IMG/VR virus record: IMGVR_UViG_3300030012_001538
Span: 1-29,819 of that record
Reading direction: 5' to 3' (one strand)
Origin: a virus
Lineage: Duplodnaviria > Caudoviricetes
DNA length: 29,819 nt
Shown here one piece after another: positions 25,491 through 29,819 of the stretch (within the stretch, counting starts at the first letter, position 1; each line of letters begins with the position of its first letter). The notes beneath the pieces were generated by a model. It did no database searches. It had not been told where the DNA came from and saw only the letters and a program-made list of their open reading frames with translations. The translations under genes were made by a program, and so were the position numbers.

Positions 25491-26627
25491 TTATATTACG
25501 CTATTAATCATATCAAAACCATACTTAAATGTGATGTTATAATTTATGTTGCCTTGTGCATTTACACCTTTTAGTTTTTCTATGCTTTTAGTGTCTACGG
25601 TTACGGGTAAACTATCCACAAGAACTTTTTCACTTAACATTATTTGTTGTATTGTTTCGGAATAACTTGGTGCAACGATTCCAGTATTGCAAGTAATTGT
25701 TTCTTGACCGTTATGGTTAAATGCTTGTCTTTGTCCTTCAAGTGTAGAATAGCTTAATGAATTACTTTGCATTAAATTGTAAACGCTTTCTTTCGTGTTT
25801 ATGTTATTTTTTGATGCTTTAAAAAACCATTCACGTTGCCAATACCCCATTTGGTTGACAAAGTCTACTAAAATTGGTGTATATTTTGGTTCGCATTTTG
25901 GTTTAAATATCCAAGTTCCGTAAAGTGTCGGTGATCCAGAACCAAGATTATCCCAAACTTCCAATTTATTTCCGTCAGCATAATAGTCATACCATACCGT
26001 AGGAACGTCGTATAAATCTGTAGATGCAAAAGGGTTGCTAATAACTTGCGTTGCACCACTTACTAAATTTGTATATTTTAAATCTACTAAAACCCCAGCA
26101 CCTAAAAAACCGATTAATCCAGCACGTTGTGATTCGTTTGTCGCTGGTGTATGTGTACTTTGATAATGATAGTAATATGTGCCTTGTGGTAAAGATGCCG
26201 TTTGGTCAGTTGTAAATTCTAAACTTGTTAGTTGTGGGTTAGCACCTTCCGAATAATATCCGTATCCATCCATACAAAAATATGTAGTAGTATCTAACAA
26301 AGTATAGTTACCCGAAGTTGTTTCTTTGTATCGCTTAACATCAAGCTTAACCATTTGGTTGTAATTGTTAGCAGCAACTCCAGTAGAAACTCCCGAACCA
26401 ATAGCCGTTTGTCTTGTAGTAAATTTTAAATATTCTCTTGTGTAAGGTGCAACATCGTAATACATCTTCAAATTGTTAGATGCTGGTATAAGCTTCTGAA
26501 TAGTGTATTGTGGGTTTGTTGGTACACTTGTACCCGAATAGTAATAGAACAGTTCAAGCTTTGAACCTACAACCGAAGATTCGTCTACTTCTATAATGTA
26601 TGGTGAACGTGCAAATATTTTATTCAT
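25491..26627 (-). CDS. Minor tail protein (distal-tail-like)
   Basis: 378 aa, upstream of the hub protein; positional inference. Confidence 0.6.
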   Translation of the reverse strand: MNKIFARSPYIIEVDESSVVGSKLELFYYYSGTSVPTNPQYTIQKLIPASNNLKMYYDVAPYTREYLKFTTRQTAIGSGVSTGVAANNYNQMVKLDVKRYKETTSGNYTLLDTTTYFCMDGYGYYSEGANPQLTSLEFTTDQTASLPQGTYYYHYQSTHTPATNESQRAGLIGFLGAGVLVDLKYTNLVSGATQVISNPFASTDLYDVPTVWYDYYADGNKLEVWDNLGSGSPTLYGTWIFKPKCEPKYTPILVDFVNQMGYWQREWFFKASKNNINTKESVYNLMQSNSLSYSTLEGQRQAFNHNGQETITCNTGIVAPSYSETIQQIMLSEKVLVDSLPVTVDTKSIEKLKGVNAQGNINYNITFKYGFDMINSVI

Positions 26628-27151
26628 TATTTAGTTTTTAAGTTTTCTTCTATTATTGAAACAAGTAAATTTTCCATATCTAAACCGTACTTTTCTATTA
26701 GTTCGTTTGGTAGTTTTTCAAAAGCAGATTCAAATGGTTTGGTAAAAAACATACTTGGTTTTATTCCGTGATGGAAAACGCTTCTTGCAATTAAAAAGTT
26801 TAACGACTTTCGTTTTAATAACCTACCTTTTTTATCTCGTGGTGCTAAACCTTTTCTTATCGTCCACTTGTCAAATACTTTGCTTGGTGGCATCTTACTT
26901 TTATAGCTAAAGTTAGAAAGTGACTTACCACTTTTAACACCCCTTACACCTTGATCCTGAAACCATCCATAATTATCTAATTGAAAAAATACACGAATAG
27001 AATTTGGCATAACTTTTACTTTACCTTTTATACTGTCGCTTAAATTACCACTTGCGTTTTTATTTTGTTTTTGCAAATTATCTTTTGCAGCTTCAACTAC
27101 TCGTTGTTCAAACTCTTGCAATGCTTCCAATAAAAAGTTAGTTTCAGACAT
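26627..27151 (-). CDS. Basic neck/tail-completion protein (HK97 gp10-like)
   Basis: SGNLSDSI, YG.FQDQGV.G and IARSVFHHGIKPSMFFTKPF pattern. Confidence 0.6.
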   Translation of the reverse strand: MSETNFLLEALQEFEQRVVEAAKDNLQKQNKNASGNLSDSIKGKVKVMPNSIRVFFQLDNYGWFQDQGVRGVKSGKSLSNFSYKSKMPPSKVFDKWTIRKGLAPRDKKGRLLKRKSLNFLIARSVFHHGIKPSMFFTKPFESAFEKLPNELIEKYGLDMENLLVSIIEENLKTK

Positions 27152-27599
27152 CGCAAACAGTCATAACGTTAGGTGTGTTTATATTTACGGTCATAGTCCA
27201 TCCAGCTAATTTTGAAGAAAAGCGTTCTACAAATATTTCTAAATTTGGTGTGCCGTCTACTTGGTAATTGTCATCGTATAAATTACCACGTCTTAACTTT
27301 TCGTAAAGCCTATTAAGGATGCTGATTTGAGTATTTAAAACGTCTTGTTCGTTGTTATTTCCTAAAAATTTGTCCGTTGTTTCATCTTTTGATTCGTCAA
27401 CCACATCCATACTTAAAATGCTAATATTGTATTGGATCACATTATCTACAAACGTTGCACTATTTACTATTATGTGGCATAGTGGGAATATAGTTTGCTT
27501 TGATAAGTCAACGTCGAAGATATCACCACTTGAAACGGTGTTTACTAACGCATCGTTGTTTAGTTCGGTTTGTAGCTTGGTTAGAATTTCGTAGTACAT
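27144..27599 (-). CDS. Putative tail terminator/completion protein
   Basis: 151 aa acidic protein with FPLCHI and LAGW motifs; position next to the neck gene. Confidence 0.55.
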   Translation of the reverse strand: MYYEILTKLQTELNNDALVNTVSSGDIFDVDLSKQTIFPLCHIIVNSATFVDNVIQYNISILSMDVVDESKDETTDKFLGNNNEQDVLNTQISILNRLYEKLRRGNLYDDNYQVDGTPNLEIFVERFSSKLAGWTMTVNINTPNVMTVCDV

Positions 27600-27877
27600 T
27601 ATTTTATTTTATTTAGTTGTCGCTGCATTTCACTATGTTCAATATCTCTTTTTTGCTTTTCAAAAGTAAGCCAGGTAAAGCAGTCGTGTAATGGTAGTTT
27701 GGTGACATTTCGAAAGTTTTCAAGTTTTCCTTCAGCGATTGCATATATGCTTTGATACCATCCCCATTGTTTACCAAATTGATTTCTTGCTGAAAAGTCG
27801 CCATCATTTCCTTGCTCGTCATCTGCACTTCTAAATATTGAATTGTACTGTTCAGCAATTCGCTTGTTAAAACGCAA
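27599..27877 (-). CDS. -1 frame extension (gpT-like) of the tail assembly chaperone, probably reached by frameshift
   Basis: No ATG start. It begins at the T9 slippery run and ends with TAATG coupling to the next gene; WGWYQSIYAIA motif. Confidence 0.65.
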   Translation of the reverse strand: MRFNKRIAEQYNSIFRSADDEQGNDGDFSARNQFGKQWGWYQSIYAIAEGKLENFRNVTKLPLHDCFTWLTFEKQKRDIEHSEMQRQLNKIK

Positions 27878-28365
27878 AAAAAAACTTTAGCAGCAAGTGC
27901 TACACCAAGTGGTGCAAATTTCATTACTTCGGCATAGTTAGCAGAACTTTCGTATTCTTCTATTAAGTATTTATCTTTCTTCTTTTGAATTACTGGTCGA
28001 TATAAAACCGCCATTGCTTTGTGTAGTGTGTCAATAGACTTTAAGTTTGTTTCTAAATCTATGTATTCACCAAAAGTGATATCTTCTAAATTTGGAATAA
28101 AACCAAACTCATAGTCGTTTAGTGTAAATGTTCTTTCGAACTTTGGTTGTTCTTTAAATACTTTTGATAAGTGTATTGTGATGTCTTGAACATCTTGCCA
28201 CTTTACTTGCAGAACATCACGTAGTCGTAAACCACAAAATATTTCTACCATCTTTTGACATAAAAATTCTTCGTCATTCGTCTTTTCGTAGGTTGCCATA
28301 AACTTTTGATAGCTACCTAATGGTATTTCGTTTATGTCGGTTGGCAGTAAAATTTCAGCTTCCAT
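27613..28365 (-). CDS. Putative tail assembly chaperone (gpG-like)
   Basis: 250 aa containing GTT TTT TTT TGC (slippery T TTT TTT) at about 27876-27885. Confidence 0.65.
   Translation of the reverse strand: MEAEILLPTDINEIPLGSYQKFMATYEKTNDEEFLCQKMVEIFCGLRLRDVLQVKWQDVQDITIHLSKVFKEQPKFERTFTLNDYEFGFIPNLEDITFGEYIDLETNLKSIDTLHKAMAVLYRPVIQKKKDKYLIEEYESSANYAEVMKFAPLGVALAAKVFFCVLTSELLNSTIQYLEVQMTSKEMMATFQQEINLVNNGDGIKAYMQSLKENLKTFEMSPNYHYTTALPGLLLKSKKEILNIVKCSDN
27876..27885 (-). other. Programmed -1 ribosomal frameshift slippery site
   Basis: G-TTTTTTTTT on the minus strand, an in-frame X XXY YYZ heptamer. The -1 frame is open for 92 codons. Confidence 0.65.
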
Positions 28366-28368
28366 ATA

Positions 28369-28394
28369 TATATAACTATTTTTTGTGTTTTTGT
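28369..28394 (-). promoter_or_regulatory. Phage late promoter ACAA-N12-TAGTTATATA-N3-ATG
   Basis: The 10-mer is at 28369-28378, 3 nt before the ATG at 28365. Confidence 0.75.
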
Positions 28395-28395
28395 A

Positions 28396-29550
28396 TTACC
28401 TAATGTGGTAAGTTCCATAATTCTTATTGCTTAAGTTTTCCATTTCGTGATATCTTAAAGCATCTATTAAATGGTCTTGCCCACCTTTAGGTTTGTTTAA
28501 TTGTTTACCAGTCTTGTCCGTGTCCCAAACATAACCCCTTAATTCTTTTATTAAATTTAAGCTTGAGGATGTAACTAAATATTCTTGGTTTTGCATAAGT
28601 TGTATTCCGAATAAAATGCTATCCTTGCCTTTAGTACAACCTTTTATTTGATAACCAAGCCTTCTAATTTCTTCTATACTTTTTGGTTCAGCAGAGTCGG
28701 CTATAACTAATTCGTGTTTTGGTAGCTTCTTTGCTATCTCGGCATTCACTAATTTATTTTGGTAGCATATTTCGTTTATTATTCTTTTGCCGTTCCATAA
28801 GTAAACCTCAACTATTGCCGTTGGATCATTACTATAACCAAAGTCTAAACCGTGACCAATTAATTTAGCATCGCTTGGGACTTCGTCTATTTGCTTCCAA
28901 TTGTCAAACACTACACCTTGCAAGTTTCCTATCTCACCAAGTCCATAAACTGCCCACCAGTTTTTCCAGTATGCAGATGTCTTTGCTTTTTCCTTTGCCT
29001 TTTCTATTTCGAATATTATGTTGTCATCAAGTGCTTCGTTGTCTAAATAGTTAAGCTTTAGAAATTGTGCGTTGCTATCTTGCTTTAGTTCGTGTGCCCA
29101 AAATTCATTAGATGGGTTAAAGTCTAAATATACTTCGTCTTTTGTTCGTATAGCAAGTTCATTATACATTTCAAATGTTACGTTGTTACATTCGTTTATA
29201 TAAAGTATATCACGTCTTGCACCACGTAACCTGGAACTATCGTCAGCAGAAAAGAACTCAATAAAACTTCCATTAGTAAATTGATATTTCAACAAACTCC
29301 TGTTAAAAAGTTGTTCACGGTATCGGTTTAAACCTTTAAGTAACTTTATGCAGTCACGGATGCAACCACGTCGCAAGTGTGGTATTGATTCACTTACTAC
29401 GCTTATTTCAAGGTTTGGTAATTTAATTGCTTTGTCTATTAACAATATTAAAATAGAAATAGTCTTACCAGCAGATGTGCCGCCTTGAATTATTTTGATT
29501 CGTTTTTCTAACCTACTTATCTTGTTGACTGCCGTCGTTCTTTGAAACAT
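28396..29550 (-). CDS. terL: Terminase large subunit (PBSX-like)
   Basis: Walker A QGGTSAGKT, Walker B LYINE, DFNP, nuclease GLDFG..NDP, ADSAEP and DHLIDALRY motifs. Confidence 0.95.
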   Translation of the reverse strand: MFQRTTAVNKISRLEKRIKIIQGGTSAGKTISILILLIDKAIKLPNLEISVVSESIPHLRRGCIRDCIKLLKGLNRYREQLFNRSLLKYQFTNGSFIEFFSADDSSRLRGARRDILYINECNNVTFEMYNELAIRTKDEVYLDFNPSNEFWAHELKQDSNAQFLKLNYLDNEALDDNIIFEIEKAKEKAKTSAYWKNWWAVYGLGEIGNLQGVVFDNWKQIDEVPSDAKLIGHGLDFGYSNDPTAIVEVYLWNGKRIINEICYQNKLVNAEIAKKLPKHELVIADSAEPKSIEEIRRLGYQIKGCTKGKDSILFGIQLMQNQEYLVTSSSLNLIKELRGYVWDTDKTGKQLNKPKGGQDHLIDALRYHEMENLSNKNYGTYHIR

Positions 29551-29819
29551 CTATGTCTGGAAATATTGGTTGTTCGAATATTGTTTGGTCAATTTGTTGT
29601 ATCGGTGCACCATATCCAGAATCCATTAAAGCTTTGTATGCGTTCACGTCACCTTTCTTTGCTTTTTTAATTAATGCTAAAGTAATTGCATCTTCTTGAC
29701 TTAAAAATTCATCTTCTCCCGTTATTGGGTTCTTAAACTTTTGATTAGTTTCTAACCAAAGCTTTGCAATAGTGCTTCTATTTTTTGAACCTTTTGGTCT
29801 TCCGTTAGGGTTTCCACTT
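29513..29819 (-). CDS. terS: Terminase small subunit, 3' part (116 aa in total)
   Basis: ...TGEDEFLSQEDAITLALIKKAKKGDVNAYKALMDSGYGAPIQQIDQTIFEQPIFPDIDVSKNDGSQQDK*, with TAG at 29513-29515. Overlaps the TerL start, directly upstream of TerL. Confidence 0.85.
   Translation of the reverse strand, partial: SGNPNGRPKGSKNRSTIAKLWLETNQKFKNPITGEDEFLSQEDAITLALIKKAKKGDVNAYKALMDSGYGAPIQQIDQTIFEQPIFPDIDVSKNDGSQQDK
29721..29819. repeat. Terminal direct repeat, copy 2 (circular assembly overlap)
   Basis: Identical to bases 1-99. Confidence 0.97.

Noticed and set aside
52-27594. All plus-strand ORFs in the track (e.g. 52-276, 4553-4882, 5270-5677, 18631-19032, 22920-23192)
   Set aside because: They are antisense shadows of Lys/Glu-rich minus-strand genes, Phe/Ser/Leu-rich, mostly with non-ATG starts and no motifs.
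29721-29819. 99-bp terminal repeat as a biological terminal repeat or att site
   Set aside because: The length matches a common assembler k-mer overlap and it falls in the middle of terS. It indicates circular completeness, not real genome ends.
1-29819. Stop-codon reassignment (as in some Bacteroidota phages)
   Set aside because: Genes tile the genome densely under the standard code, and TAA, TAG and TGA all end genes at sensible coupled positions.
1-29819. CRISPR array, tRNA, integrase, reverse transcriptase/DGR or self-splicing intron
   Set aside because: I saw no spaced repeats, cloverleaf, recombinase or RT motifs, and no intergenic gap is large enough.

Overview
This window is a complete, circular (or terminally redundant) phage genome of about 29,720 bp: bases 1-99 equal bases 29721-29819. 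It is an AT-rich tailed phage, probably a siphovirus infecting Bacteroidota/Flavobacteriia, as judged from TAnnTTTG promoters and A-rich start regions lacking Shine-Dalgarno sites. Every credible gene is on the minus strand. The early/middle block (about 9.8 kb down to 0.2 kb) encodes a C5-cytosine MTase, DnaA-C-like HTH, DUF6291 initiator, DnaB-like helicase, PAPS-reductase-like protein, NinG, ERF recombinase, YqaJ exonuclease, a nuclease-SSB fusion, an ECF-like sigma factor and an amino-MTase. The late block begins with TerS spanning the junction, then TerL, tail, head and lysis genes and a metallophosphoesterase, in a shuffled order. I recognised no integrase, repressor, DNA polymerase, tRNA or CRISPR array. 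The main non-obvious signals are: (1) all 25 GATC sites I found lie in GGATC/GATCC; (2) about 45 strand-polarised copies of AACACG; (3) a bipartite ACAA-N12-TAGTTATATA-N3-ATG promoter implying leaderless late mRNAs read by the phage sigma; (4) a -1 frameshift chaperone with about 90 codons of dual coding; (5) a possible scaffold-mimicking capsid-loading leader. All motif counts are manual and need computational confirmation.
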